A DNA stretch of 64,000 nucleotides from an uncultured Acidobacteriota bacterium (GCA_963844245.1 CAWJNJ010000012.1:12339-76338); one strand, 5' to 3'; numbered from the stretch's first letter, positions 51,186-61,977 are shown. Notes: a model not told the origin generated them from the sequence alone. Made by a program: numbers and translations.

Positions 51186-52810
51186 GAACTATCCGCCTCT
51201 ACACCGCACTGGCGCTCGCCCTCTGGGTTGGCCCCCTCCTCGGCACGCCGGTCTCAGCGCAGACCACGCCTGAGACACGGCCGACGCCGTCCACCTCGCA
51301 GCCGGCGCCGAAAGCACCTCCGCAGGCGGCTCCCCCGATCGAACGAGAGACACCCGCGGAGCCAGATTTCGATGAGAGGCCGAGCCGCTACTACCGTCCC
51401 ATCGTGCGCGTGGCCCAGGACTACACGCTGGCGGCGGGCGACCGGGTCTGGGAAATCCAGAGTGTCTTTGGCGATGTCGTGATCGAGGGGCGCGTCGAGC
51501 AGGACGTCGTGGTGGTGATGGGCTCGATCCGTCTCGCCCCGAGCGCGGTGGTCGACGGCTCGGTCGTCGTGATCGGCGGAAGCGCCACGATCGACGAGAA
51601 CGCGGTAGTCCGCGACGACCTCGTGGTCGTCGGCGGCACGCTGCGGGCAGCGCCGACCTTCTCCCCCGGCGGCCAGCACATCGTCATCGGCAGTCCCTGG
51701 ATGGGCGAGACGCTGCAGGGACTCGTCCCGTGGATTACCAGCGGGCTGCTCTGGGGCCGGCTGATCGTGCCGGACATCGACTGGATCTGGGCCTTCGTTG
51801 GCGTCTTCTTCCTGATCTACCTCGCCCTCAACACGGTGTTCGACCGGCCGGTGGGCGGCAGCGCCGACGTCATGGTGAAGCGTCCGCTCAGTGCCTTCAT
51901 GGTGGGGTTGCTCGTCCTGCTGCTGACGGGGCCCGCGCTGGCCATTATCGCGGCCTCGGTGATCGGTCTCGTGGTCGTGCCGTTCATCATCTGCGCGGTC
52001 GTCGTCGCGGGCCTGGTCGGCAAGGCGGGCGTGGCGCGCGCGATAGGACGGAGCGTCCTGCGCTCCGACACACCGGACGCCCGAATCCAGGCAACCGTCG
52101 CGTTCATCATCGGCTTCGTCCTGCTGACGCTCGCCTACATGGTGCCGCTGCTCGGGGTACTCACGTGGGCGTTGACCACCGTGCTCGGACTCGGCGCCGC
52201 GACGATGACGTTCCGGTCGCTGCTGCGCCGGGAACGGCCGGCGCCGCCGCCGCAGATTCCATTGCCGCCGCTCGCGCCCGCGACCGCACCGTCAGTCGCC
52301 GCAGCGGCCGTGGCCGTCGGACCGTCGGGGGACTTTGCGTCCGCGTCTGCAGACGTGCCGCCCCCGCCGGCGCTCCCACTGGAGACCGCACCCCAGTCGA
52401 CCGTCTATACAGAGGGTCTCGCGAAGTATCCGCGGGCATCGTTTCTCGACCGACTGGCCGCGTTCGCGCTCGACTGCCTCCTGGTGGCGATCGCGAATGC
52501 CATTCTCGACATGGACCGCCACGAAGGCTTCTTCTTCTTCCTGCTGTTCACCTATCACGTCGCGTTCTGGTCCTGGCGAGGCACGACGCTCGGCGGGATC
52601 ATATGCAGTCTGCGCGTGATCAGAACCCACGGCGCGGAGTTGCGCCCATCGGACGCCATCGTCCGCGGCCTCTCGAGCATGTTCTCTGTCGCCGCCCTTG
52701 GGATTGGTTGCCTGTGGATGCTCCAGGATCCGGAGCGGCAGATGTGGCACGACAAGATCGCCGGTACCCTCGTGGTGAAGGTGCCAAGGGACTTGGTGCT
52801 GCCGCAATGA
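51182..52810 (+). CDS. Membrane protein: signal peptide, bactofilin-like beta-helix repeats, TM bundle, C-terminal RDD domain
   Basis: GDVVIEGRVEQDVVVVMGS..VVDGSVVVIGG..VRDDLVVVGG; ASFLDRLAAFALD; WHDKIAGTLVV. Confidence 0.8.
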   Translation: MRTIRLYTALALALWVGPLLGTPVSAQTTPETRPTPSTSQPAPKAPPQAAPPIERETPAEPDFDERPSRYYRPIVRVAQDYTLAAGDRVWEIQSVFGDVVIEGRVEQDVVVVMGSIRLAPSAVVDGSVVVIGGSATIDENAVVRDDLVVVGGTLRAAPTFSPGGQHIVIGSPWMGETLQGLVPWITSGLLWGRLIVPDIDWIWAFVGVFFLIYLALNTVFDRPVGGSADVMVKRPLSAFMVGLLVLLLTGPALAIIAASVIGLVVVPFIICAVVVAGLVGKAGVARAIGRSVLRSDTPDARIQATVAFIIGFVLLTLAYMVPLLGVLTWALTTVLGLGAATMTFRSLLRRERPAPPPQIPLPPLAPATAPSVAAAAVAVGPSGDFASASADVPPPPALPLETAPQSTVYTEGLAKYPRASFLDRLAAFALDCLLVAIANAILDMDRHEGFFFFLLFTYHVAFWSWRGTTLGGIICSLRVIRTHGAELRPSDAIVRGLSSMFSVAALGIGCLWMLQDPERQMWHDKIAGTLVVKVPRDLVLPQ

Positions 52811-52853
52811 CAGGGAAAGAGGGAAAATGGAAACTTCAGCGACTTCGCAGTCT

Positions 52854-53315
52854 TCACGCTTTTCCCTTTTCCATGTTCCGTGCCTCGGCTTCATCTAACC
52901 AGCCTCGATGAAGCTCCTCGGCCGGTACATTGGAGAGATACGGCTTGATATCCAGGATCGGCGTGCCGTCGAGCATGTCGATGCCGTGGACGCGTAGTCT
53001 CGGTCCGTCGCGTCCGATCAATCGCACCACCGTGAGGCCGATCGGATTCGGGCGCTGCGGCGAGCGCGTGGCAAAGACGCCGTGGGGACGATCATCCGAC
53101 GGTGGGTACGCAATCAGGTCGGGGCCCTTCGACTGGTGGAAGACCCAGATGACAATCAGGTGCGAGAAGCCATCGATGTCGGCGAGGCCGGCTTCAAGGT
53201 CCGCGCGGATGTCGAGAACACCCTCCGCGTCGTGCTGTGCGCCCGCGCCCTTCGGAACGTCGGCCGTGTCGGTGTAGGGACTACGGACCACGCCAATCGG
53301 TTCGAACGTGATCAC
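52854..53315 (-). CDS. tsaA: tRNA m6t6A37 methyltransferase TrmO/TsaA
   Basis: PIGVVRSP, GVFATRSPQRPNPIGL, DGTPILDIKPY. Confidence 0.92.
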   Translation of the reverse strand: MITFEPIGVVRSPYTDTADVPKGAGAQHDAEGVLDIRADLEAGLADIDGFSHLIVIWVFHQSKGPDLIAYPPSDDRPHGVFATRSPQRPNPIGLTVVRLIGRDGPRLRVHGIDMLDGTPILDIKPYLSNVPAEELHRGWLDEAEARNMEKGKA

Positions 53316-54278
53316 AGCCAGCGTCTGTTTCGGAAGTAGCCGAGCATCCCGGCCCAAAGCAACACCATCAGCCCAAAGATCCACCAGAACTGCGCCCCGT
53401 TGCCGCCCGGCAGTTCCGGCAGCGTCCACGTTCATCCCCCACAGCCCGGCGATCACGCCGAGCGGCATGAAGATCGTCGAGATGATGGTCAGGACCTTCA
53501 TGACGCCATTGAGCTGATTGGAGACTTGCGAGAGGTGCGCGTCGAGCAGGCTGGTAACCCGGTCCTGGAAGAACATCGCCTCGTCCACCAGCCGGACGAG
53601 ATGGTCGTGAACATCGCGGAAGCGATAGGACATCGACTCCGAGATCAGCGGGAATTCCCGGCGCGCCAGCCGCGCCACCGCGTCCCGCTGTGGCAGGACG
53701 ACGCGGCGAAGGGAGGAGACATCCCCTTTGAAGTCGAGGATCTGCTTGGCCAGCCGGGCGTCGGGCCGCTCGAAAATCTCCTCTTCGAGCTTGTCCAGAC
53801 GTTCACTAAGACGATCGACCTCCGGACGGTAGTGATCGACCATCGCGTCGACGATGCGGTGCAGCAGCGCCGCGGGCCCCTCGCCAAGTGCGCGGTGGTT
53901 GCGCGCGCACACACCCCGAATCTCGGTGACCGTGCGCGAGATGCCGGGGTGGACCGTCACCAGGAACTGTTCGCCGAGAAAGAAATCGACGTCCTGGGTC
54001 TTGAAGCAGTGTTCCGATTCTCGGAAGTCGATGCCGTGCAGGATCAGGTAGAGATAGTCGCCGTAGGATTCGACCTTGGGATGATGAATCTCGCTCAGCG
54101 CATCCTCCACCGCCAGTTCGTGGAAGTGGAACACGTCGGTGAGGATCCGGACCTCGTCAGCGTCGGGCGCGCTCAGATCGACCCACACCCAGACGCCGCT
54201 GCCCGGCTGAAGCCACGCCGGGTCCAGCCGTTCGACGCACGCCGTGGATCCCACCTCGTTGCGGTAGATCGTAATCAA
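53312..54278 (-). CDS. corA: CorA Mg/Co transporter; frameshift near 53420
   Basis: WVDL, FHELAVED, MKVLTIISTIFMPL, WGMN. The last TM helix and RWL* are in the shifted frame. Confidence 0.92.
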
Positions 54279-54344
54279 CGACAGCGATTCTAGCGCATCG
54301 TCCCGTCGGACCCTGCGGCGGCTGCCGCCCGCGCCTACAGCCTG

Positions 54345-55224
54345 TCAGCGGCGAATCTTGGCCAGGTCCACCGGTGAGTAACGCGGATTGCTGTAATTCG
54401 CGCTGGTCTGAAACGACAGGCGCTGACCGTAGGCGCCAACGCTCCTGTTACTTGCCACGTCGTCCATCTCTTTCCAGGAGTAAGTCTCCGTCATCTTCGA
54501 GGGCAGCCACAGGTCCAGTTCCGCCGCCTTCGCGTAAACGACAGTGTTGACGACCGACTCGTTCGAAGAGGTCGCCCAGAGTTCAGTCTTGAGAATGGCA
54601 CCGGTCGCATTCTCGATCCAGAAGCGACCGGCAGCGGCGGCGTTGCCCTTGGTGCCGAGGACGAACGGTTTCGTGCCGTCGCCATTCTCCTTGAAGCCGA
54701 TCCGCGTCACCGCGATGCCGTTTAATTTCTCCTGCTTCTCGATCTTGAACGTCACCTTCGGCTGCATGTCGCGCGAGATGAAGTGCAGCGCAATCGAAGG
54801 ATCGTTCAGCTGCAGAATCAGGTCGAACAAGAAGCGGAAGTTCTGTTCGGCCGCGTGGGCCTGGGCCCGATTCCAGCTCTCCAGCGTAGGCGCCGTCAGC
54901 AGGTTGACGATGCGTGCTTCACGCTCACGCAGCCGGACGTTGTCGACCGAGAACAGGTCGCGCAGCCCCATCACGCGGCCATTGACGTTCACGCAGGACG
55001 ACATCGGAGGCGAACCGAATGGGCGTCTCCATCCGCCCTGCCACCAACCGCGTGAGGCTGTAGTTTTCTTCGACGGTCGCGCCGGAGACGCGGACGGCGT
55101 AGCTGGCGTGATAGTCGGCCGCGCGCGCGAGCAGGTCCGCGAGGGCCGGGTCCTGCGCGCTGGCTGGTTTCGCAAGCACCAAGGCGGCGGACATCAGGAC
55201 ACCGACTGTCAGGAATCGCATCAT
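54345..55224 (-). CDS. Hypothetical secreted protein; frameshift near 54990
   Basis: Signal peptide (…ASA-QD), LLARAADY; GRFWIENATGAILKTEL; LWLPSKMTETY. Confidence 0.65.
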
Positions 55225-55315
55225 GGTTCTGTCTCCGGAAACGCGAGCGGCGGACGGTTAGCAGCGGCTGGCATTATGACGCCTGGTTGGCCTGGGCCCC
55301 GGCCGGGTGGGAGCC

Positions 55316-56363
55316 CTATCGCGCTACAGGCGCGCGGATGGCCCAGCGGAGCTTCGCTGACGAGGCGCGCGGGTTCGCTCGAGTCTCGTCGCGGCTTGCG
55401 CGGATGACCTCGGTGTTGGTCGCGGAGTAGAGGCCCTCACGATGACCCGACTGGAAGGCCTTCTTCACGCGCCGATCCTCTCCGGAGTGAAACGTCAGGA
55501 TCGCGACACGGCCACCTGGCAGCAGGCATTCCGGCAGCGAGCGCAGCAACCAGTCGAGCGTGGCAAACTCATCGTTCACCGTAATCCGCAGCGCCTGGAA
55601 GGTGCGGCGGATCGAGGCCTTTTCGTCCTCCGGTCCAAGCCGCAGCGGGCCGAGGGCCGCACTCACGACACGGTGCAGCGCCCCCGTTGTTTCGAGGCTC
55701 TGCGCTTTCAGTGCGCCGGCAATCAGTTCCGCATGCGGTTCGTCGGCATTCTCTTGAAGAAGGCGCACGAGCTTGTCACACGTTGTCCGCGCGATGACCT
55801 CCGAAGCCGGGAGACCTCTGGACGGGTTCATCCGCATGTCCAGCGGACCGGATTCCTTGTAACCAAAACCACGATCCGGATTGTCGAGCTGCATCGACGA
55901 CACACCGAGGTCGGCCAGGATCACGTCCGCGCCCGGCAGGCCCTCGGCGGCAAGGACACGCGAGAGACCGGCAAAGTTACTGTGGTGCGCGGTGAAGGCG
56001 ATCGGGCCGAAACCAGCCTCGCGCAGGCGCGCTTCCGTTCGTGGCAACTCGATCGGGTCGACGTCGAGGCCAACCAGGCGTCCGCCAGGAAGGATCCGTT
56101 CGAGAATCGCGCGCGCGTGTCCGCCGCCGCCGAGTGTGGCATCGACCGCCGTGTCACCGCGCTGCGGCGACAGGGCATCCAGAACCTCGTCCACCATGAT
56201 CGGACGATGGGAGCCGGCCGGAGTCTTGCCGGCGGCGAGCACCTTCTCAACGTCCGCGCCATAGCGCACCGGATCGAGTTCCTTGTACTTCTCGTGAAAC
56301 CCGCGTGGGTTCTTGCCACGGTAGCGTGGACGGCGCCTGTGGCCCGGGTGAATCGTCGGTCAT
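55316..56363 (-). CDS. rsmH: 16S rRNA m4C1402 methyltransferase RsmH-like, extended N-terminus with a frameshift
   Basis: HRPIMVDEV, DATLGGGGHA, DLGVSSMQLD, PLDMRM, FQALRITVNDE, FHSGEDRRVK, NPRASSAKLR. Confidence 0.88.
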
Positions 56364-56365
56364 GC

Positions 56366-57535
56366 TCAGGCGAGCGCCTGCGCCAGGTCCGCGATCAGGT
56401 CCTCGACGGCTTCAATGCCGACGGAGTAGCGGATCAAGCCTTCGGGAATCCCCATCGCGGCGCGTTCTTCCGGCGAACACTCCACATGACTCGTCGTCGC
56501 CGGCGGACCGCCCACGGTCTCAACCGCGCCCAGGTTCGCCGCGCGGTGCATCAGCGTCAACTTCGGGAGGATCTGTTTGACCGCGTCGAGGCCGCCCTTC
56601 ACCGCGAAACTCAACATCCCGCCGTAGCCCCGCATCTGCTCGGCTGCGATGGCGTGCTGCGGGTGCGTTTCGAGTCCCGGATAGTTGACCTGCTCGACTC
56701 GGGGCTGCCGTTCGAGCCATCGGGCAATCGTCATTGCGCTCGCGTTCTGTCGTTCGATCCGCAGCTCGAGCGTCTTCATCCCGCGGAGCAGCAGGTAGGC
56801 GCTCATGGGATCGAGGCTCGCCCCGGTGATCTCGCGGTGGTGAAACACTTGCCGGACCAGCTCGCGCCGGCCGCACAGCGCACCGCCCAGCGCGTCGGCG
56901 TGCCCGCCCAGGTATTTGGTGGCGCTGTGGATCACGAGGTCGGCGCCCAGGGCCAGCGGATTCTGATTGATCGGCGTCGCGACGGTGTTGTCGACAACGA
57001 CGATCGCGCCGGCGCGGTGGGCGCTCTCGGCGAGCCGCCGAATCGGAGTCACCTTGAGGGTCGGGTTCGTCGGCGTCTCGAGATAGAGGAGCGAACAACC
57101 GGAAGCCATCGCGGTTTCGATCGCGTCCGCATCCGCGGTGTCACAGAGAGCAACGTCTACGCCCCAGCGAGGCAACGTATGGAGAAAGAGCTGGTTGGTG
57201 CCGCCGTACGTGTCTCTGACACTGACGACCCGGTCGGCGGGACGGAGGAGCGCGAACAACGTGTTGCTGATCGCCGCCATGCCGGTCGAGAAACTCGTCG
57301 CGTCGTCGGCGTGCTCGAGAGCGCGGATCTTCTGTTCGAATGCCGCGACGGTAGGATTGGTGTTACGGCCGTAGATGTGCCCCGGCGCGTGCCCGAGTGC
57401 CACCGCCTGCCAGCTTTCGACATCCGGATAGCCATGCGCGACGCCGAAGGAGACCGGCACGACCGTCGCGCCCGTGAGCAAGGAGTCGTCCTCGCCCGCC
57501 CAGACAGCCTCAGTGGCCTGTCGTAGTGATGTCAT
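56366..57535 (-). CDS. Cystathionine gamma-synthase family PLP enzyme
   Basis: YGRNTNPT, ETPTNPT, HSATKYLGGHAD, AANLGAVET, IRYSVGIE. Confidence 0.92.
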   Translation of the reverse strand: MTSLRQATEAVWAGEDDSLLTGATVVPVSFGVAHGYPDVESWQAVALGHAPGHIYGRNTNPTVAAFEQKIRALEHADDATSFSTGMAAISNTLFALLRPADRVVSVRDTYGGTNQLFLHTLPRWGVDVALCDTADADAIETAMASGCSLLYLETPTNPTLKVTPIRRLAESAHRAGAIVVVDNTVATPINQNPLALGADLVIHSATKYLGGHADALGGALCGRRELVRQVFHHREITGASLDPMSAYLLLRGMKTLELRIERQNASAMTIARWLERQPRVEQVNYPGLETHPQHAIAAEQMRGYGGMLSFAVKGGLDAVKQILPKLTLMHRAANLGAVETVGGPPATTSHVECSPEERAAMGIPEGLIRYSVGIEAVEDLIADLAQALA

Positions 57536-58050
57536 CTAGTCCCACTCCCTTTCACTGCCGCTGACCGAACTGCCGACGCGGTGTGCTCACGAACGAAAGC
57601 CCCGATCTCATCGATCGCGACCTGACCAGCGGCGTGACGTCACGCAGCAGGTGCCAGACGTGCACCATTCGTCATAGACCTTGAACGTGACCGCGACGCC
57701 GGCTGCCTCGCACGCGTCGCGAATTCACCGATCTGGTCGACGAGTACCTCGACCTGTCCGGCGTGGATCAGAAGCGGGGGCAATCCGGCCAGCTCGGCAT
57801 ACATGGGTGAGATGTCAGGGCTGCAGGCGTCCGCGCCAGCGAGGTAGTCCATCGCCGCGAGCCGGCAATGACGGTCACCGACGAAATCGAATGCCGCATT
57901 CGTGTCGAAGCTCGCGCCCGAGCAACTCACGTCGACCCAGGGAGAGATCGCAACCCCGCCGCGGGCAGCGGATCGCCGGCATCCCGCAGGCGAGCAGTGT
58001 GATGAGCACGAGGTTGCCACCTGCCGAATCGCCCGCGACCACGATGCGGT
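57532..58050 (-). pseudogene. C-terminal half of an alpha/beta hydrolase (HSL-like esterase)
   Basis: IVVAGDSAGGNL, ISPWVD, LPPLLIHAG, VHVWHL, AIDEIGAFVR. The N-terminal HGG-containing half is absent. Confidence 0.7.
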
Positions 58051-58234
58051 CGCGCAAATAGGTCTGAGCATCACCGAAGCGGCGTTATAGATCGACGGAC
58101 CGATCTCCTGCAGCATGAAGTCCAGCATGAGCGGCTTTCAGGTCACCGATCTCCTGGTCCAGTTCTGCGGCGAAATAGCGCCGCAAGGATGCGATCGCGC
58201 GCTTCTTCGACTCGTCGGCGAGTTCGATCTTCAT
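58045..58234 (-). CDS. DUF2164-like protein, truncated and fused to the esterase fragment
   Basis: MKIELADESKKRAIASLRRYFAAELDQEIGDLKAALMLDFMLQEIGPSIYN. Confidence 0.7.
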
Positions 58235-58253
58235 GGTGCGAATCCGCCCGAGA

Positions 58254-58445
58254 TCATCCGACCTTGCCGTCGCGATCGAGGTCGGTGCGGAGGTTCTCCT
58301 CGAGGCGAGTGATGACGGCCTGCAGCAATTCGCGGGTTTGCTTCAGCTCCAGCTCGAGCCGGGCGACGCGCTGTTTGAGCGTCGCGGTGGCGTCCCGCTG
58401 GTCGTTAATCGCATTGTGCTGGATCAGATCCCAGAACAGTCCCAT
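58254..58445 (-). CDS. Small coiled-coil hypothetical protein
   Basis: MGLFWDLIQ…LKQRVARLE…DLDRDGKVG; GAGAGGGA RBS-like site upstream. Confidence 0.7.
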   Translation of the reverse strand: MGLFWDLIQHNAINDQRDATATLKQRVARLELELKQTRELLQAVITRLEENLRTDLDRDGKVG

Positions 58446-58469
58446 CGCTTCCCTCTCAATCAGGCACGT

Positions 58470-58892
58470 TCAGACAAACGTGATCCACTGCCGCACGACG
58501 GCCTGGAGTGCCGCCGCGCGAGCCCGGACGTCGTCGACATCTCCGAAGTGGACGACGGCGCGGTCGTCGGCAAGCCAGATCAGCAACCCATCGGGATCCT
58601 CGATGCGGAGGGACGCCTCCTTGCGAACCCTGGCGCCGAGGTGGAGGATGAGCCCGATCCCGACCTTCGCGCGCAGGTGGGTGGTTGCAAAGTACTCATG
58701 AGTCCGAAAGCTTGGGACGTTCCACTTCACGCCTTCGGCGATCGAACGGTCAGCGCCGCGCATGACGTCACGGAGAACCTCGACGGCGGCTTTATGGGGA
58801 TGTTCCAGCGTCGCCATGAAGACGTCCACGGCGGACGAGGTATCGGCGGATGACTTTTTTGACTTCGACGAGCGGTCCTTGGACGATGCCAT
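58470..58892 (-). CDS. DUF1801 (YdhG-like) protein
   Basis: VDVFMATLEHP, EGVKWNVPSF, LILHLGA, IEDPDGLL.W. Confidence 0.85.
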   Translation of the reverse strand: MASSKDRSSKSKKSSADTSSAVDVFMATLEHPHKAAVEVLRDVMRGADRSIAEGVKWNVPSFRTHEYFATTHLRAKVGIGLILHLGARVRKEASLRIEDPDGLLIWLADDRAVVHFGDVDDVRARAAALQAVVRQWITFV

Positions 58893-58934
58893 GTGTTACT
58901 GGCATTCTGTACCAGGTTGCGCCGCAATGGCGCG

Positions 58935-61484
58935 TCAGGTCCGCAACGCCACCATCGGGTCGATGCGCGAGGCGCGGTGGGCTGGGATGAACGCGGCGAG
59001 GCCGCCGACGAGCGCCAGTGAGCCGACGGCGACCGTGTAGGCGACCGCGTCGAGCGGCTCCACGCCGAAGAGCAGGGTGCTCACGCTGCGGCCGGCCATG
59101 TAGGCGAGTGGAACGCCGGCCGCCGCACCGGCAAGGACCAGGAGCATCGCTTCTCGGATAACCAGCCATAACACGTTGCGGCGATCGGCGCCGAGCGCCA
59201 TGCGGACGCCCAGTTCTCGCACGCGCCGCGTGACGCCGTAGGAAATTGTCCCGTAAAGCCCGAGGCACGCGAGAAGCAACGCGATGCCCCCGAAGATCGC
59301 TGTGAGGTTGGCGACCAGGCGATCGCTCGTCAGGCCACGATTCAGACGTTCGTCGAGCGGGACGATGTCGAACAGCGGCAGGCTGGGCTCGGCTTCGGTG
59401 ATCGCGCGGCGCAGCGTGGTGATCAACTGCGACGGCGGCACCGACGCACGCACCTCGATATTGCTCAACACGTTGTCGGGCACCGCCGGGGTCAACCCGT
59501 AGACCATGTTGGGCACATCCCCGCGAATGCTGACGTATTTCGCGTCCTGCACGATACCGACGATCCTGAACGCGTCGGGACCGATCCCGTCGTCGTAGCT
59601 CCAGCGCTTGCCGAGGGCGCCCCCGTTCGGGAAAAACCGTTTGGCCATGGCCTGGTTGATGATCGTCGAGCGGGCGCCGGGGCTGCGGTCTTCCGGCGCG
59701 AATCCGCGCCCTTCGACGATGTTCAGGCCGACGGTCTCAAAATACTTGTCGGTGACGACCTCTTCGTTCGTCAGCAGAGTCTCTCCGGGCGCGGCAGTGT
59801 GGCCTTCCACCATAAAGCTGCTCGTCCGCTGCGATCCCCCGAGCGGTCCATTCATCGAAACGCTGGCGGAGACGACGCCGGGGATCGCCGTCATGCGGTC
59901 GAGGAGTCGCGCGTAGAGCGCCTGGCGCTCGTCGTTCGACAGTCCGAGGCTGCGCACGTCCATCCGCGCCACCAGGATCTGGTCGCGATCGTAGCCGACG
60001 TCCACGTGCAGCAGCGACCGCATGCTGCGGCCGAAGAGCGCCGCGAGGACGAGCAGCAGCAAGCAGAATGCAATCTGCGCCGCGACCAGCGACTTCCCCA
60101 CCAGCTGACCGCGACGGCCACCCTCACCGCCGACGCTCCGTCCCTCGCCCTTCATCGACTCGGCCAACGCGACGCGCGTGCCTCGAAGCGCCGGCCCGAT
60201 ACCCGCCGCGATACCGCTGAACGCGGTGATGCCCACCGAGAAGGCCAGCACGCGCCAGTCGAATCCCGCCTCGAGATCCACAACCGTCGCGCCGCGCGTG
60301 AACATCGTGACCAGCAGGTCGCGTCCCCACGCGGCGACCAGGAGGCCGAGAACGCCTCCCACCGACGCCAGCAGCAGCGTTTCCACCAGCAGCTGCCGGA
60401 CGACACGGGTGCGGCCGGCGCCGATCGACAACCGGATGGCGATCTCACGATCGCGAGCGCTCGCGCGGCTGATCAGCAGGCTGGCGACGTTCCCGCACGC
60501 AATGGCGAGCAGCACGCCCACCATGCCGAGCAGGACGATCAGCGGCGAGCTCGCTTCCTCGCGGAGGAAAGAGAGGCCGCGAGCGCCCGGTTCCATCGCG
60601 ACGCGCAGTGCCGCAATACGGCGAAGGTCGTCTTCGTCGGGATCGGTCGAGCCCGCTCGCGCATCACGTTGATACATTGCCGTCAGCGCGCCTTCTACCG
60701 CTGGCAGATCTGCCTGGTTCGGTACCCGCGCCACGACATCCAGCCATTCGATCCCCCGCTGTGGAGGCCAGGGCCTGCGTGGATCGGCGGTATCGTCGTT
60801 GCTGGCATTCGAGGCATAGCGCACGCTGGGCTGCATCATGAGCGGCAGCCAGATGTCAGGGTTGCGCGGCGCGAGGATGGCGCCGAAAAAGCTGGGTGCG
60901 GTCACGCCGACGATCGTCAGCGTGGCGCCGTTGATCGTGATCGTGCGACCCACCGCCTCAGGCGCACGCCGAAACTGCCGCGCCCAGAACGCATCGCTGA
61001 TCACCGCGACAGGATGACCGTTCAGCGTCACGTTGTCGGAGGGGGCCAGCAGGCGTCCCGCCTGCGGCTGCTGTCGCAGCACCTGGAAAAACTCCCCAGA
61101 GACAAGCTGCACCAGTGCGCGTTCGACAGGACCGCTGCTGCCGCTCGTGGCTGTGCGAACGTTCATGCTGGAGGGAAAGATGAACCCGGTGAGCTCCGCC
61201 TTGCCCTGGAGGTCCCTGCGCGCTTCCTCGAACTGGGGCCACGAGAAGCGCGGCTGCCGTTGGGCTGTACTTACCTTCTCGGCGACGACGAGCTGCTGCG
61301 GGTCCGGCACCGGCAGGTTGCGCAGGATCACGGCGTTGAGCACCGTGAACACCGACGCGGCGCCACCGATGCCGATCGCCAGCGAGCAGATCGCGACGAG
61401 CGAGAACAGCGGGCTCCGGGCGAGCATCCGCAGCGCGTAGCGCAGGTCGCGGACCAAGTCGTCGAGAAGTCGGAAGACAGTCAT
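58935..61484 (-). CDS. ADOP-type duplicated ABC permease
   Basis: [68 protein letters not shown]. Intact 849 aa. Confidence 0.93.
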   Translation of the reverse strand: MTVFRLLDDLVRDLRYALRMLARSPLFSLVAICSLAIGIGGAASVFTVLNAVILRNLPVPDPQQLVVAEKVSTAQRQPRFSWPQFEEARRDLQGKAELTGFIFPSSMNVRTATSGSSGPVERALVQLVSGEFFQVLRQQPQAGRLLAPSDNVTLNGHPVAVISDAFWARQFRRAPEAVGRTITINGATLTIVGVTAPSFFGAILAPRNPDIWLPLMMQPSVRYASNASNDDTADPRRPWPPQRGIEWLDVVARVPNQADLPAVEGALTAMYQRDARAGSTDPDEDDLRRIAALRVAMEPGARGLSFLREEASSPLIVLLGMVGVLLAIACGNVASLLISRASARDREIAIRLSIGAGRTRVVRQLLVETLLLASVGGVLGLLVAAWGRDLLVTMFTRGATVVDLEAGFDWRVLAFSVGITAFSGIAAGIGPALRGTRVALAESMKGEGRSVGGEGGRRGQLVGKSLVAAQIAFCLLLLVLAALFGRSMRSLLHVDVGYDRDQILVARMDVRSLGLSNDERQALYARLLDRMTAIPGVVSASVSMNGPLGGSQRTSSFMVEGHTAAPGETLLTNEEVVTDKYFETVGLNIVEGRGFAPEDRSPGARSTIINQAMAKRFFPNGGALGKRWSYDDGIGPDAFRIVGIVQDAKYVSIRGDVPNMVYGLTPAVPDNVLSNIEVRASVPPSQLITTLRRAITEAEPSLPLFDIVPLDERLNRGLTSDRLVANLTAIFGGIALLLACLGLYGTISYGVTRRVRELGVRMALGADRRNVLWLVIREAMLLVLAGAAAGVPLAYMAGRSVSTLLFGVEPLDAVAYTVAVGSLALVGGLAAFIPAHRASRIDPMVALRT

Positions 61485-61912
61485 TGCTGGCGTTCGTGCA
61501 ACTCCCGCTCCTGTGACCGGATGGCCGAAAACCGTGGCGAATGGCTCCCCCGGTGGTAGGTCGGTGTTCGTAGCCGGTCAGTGCGGTGTTCGGAACCTGA
61601 CGTTCCGGCACCGGCGACCAGTTCGAGATACTTGTCGCGAGGCTCACCGGTCCAGCCATTGATACCGTGTTTCGGCAGCCAGTAGACATGGACCCACAAC
61701 GCGCCGAGCAGCGGCAGGATTAGAAGCCCGTACGCCCAGAGCCGTCCGGCCGTGGCCGACAGCGCCAGAGTCACCGACAGCACGATCGCCACCTTCAGCA
61801 ATCGGCGCCCTCGCGACTTGTGTTCCTCGAACCGGCCGAACAGAATGCCCCCGATGGCGAAGATCGTCATCACGATGGCAACATCGAACCAGAGGCTGTC
61901 AGTGCGCCACAT
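61481..61912 (-). CDS. Hypothetical membrane protein
   Basis: TM helices; FGRFEEHK; WLPKHGINGWTGEP. Confidence 0.7.
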   Translation of the reverse strand: MWRTDSLWFDVAIVMTIFAIGGILFGRFEEHKSRGRRLLKVAIVLSVTLALSATAGRLWAYGLLILPLLGALWVHVYWLPKHGINGWTGEPRDKYLELVAGAGTSGSEHRTDRLRTPTYHRGSHSPRFSAIRSQERELHERQQ

Positions 61913-61977
61913 CGAGATCCACCTCCAGGCGCCGGCGCGCGCGCCGGATCGGAGTGTTCAGCGACGTACCGGCTCGG

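Noticed and set aside
52854-54278. CorA-TsaA fusion ORF
   Set aside because: The last CorA TM helix and stop (53312) are in another frame after GMN; the two genes overlap by GTGA. Indel artefact.
57536-57600. SAM riboswitch upstream of either trans-sulfuration gene
   Set aside because: Both genes abut upstream coding sequence (37652/37662; overlap at 57532-57535), and no SAM aptamer motifs were seen.
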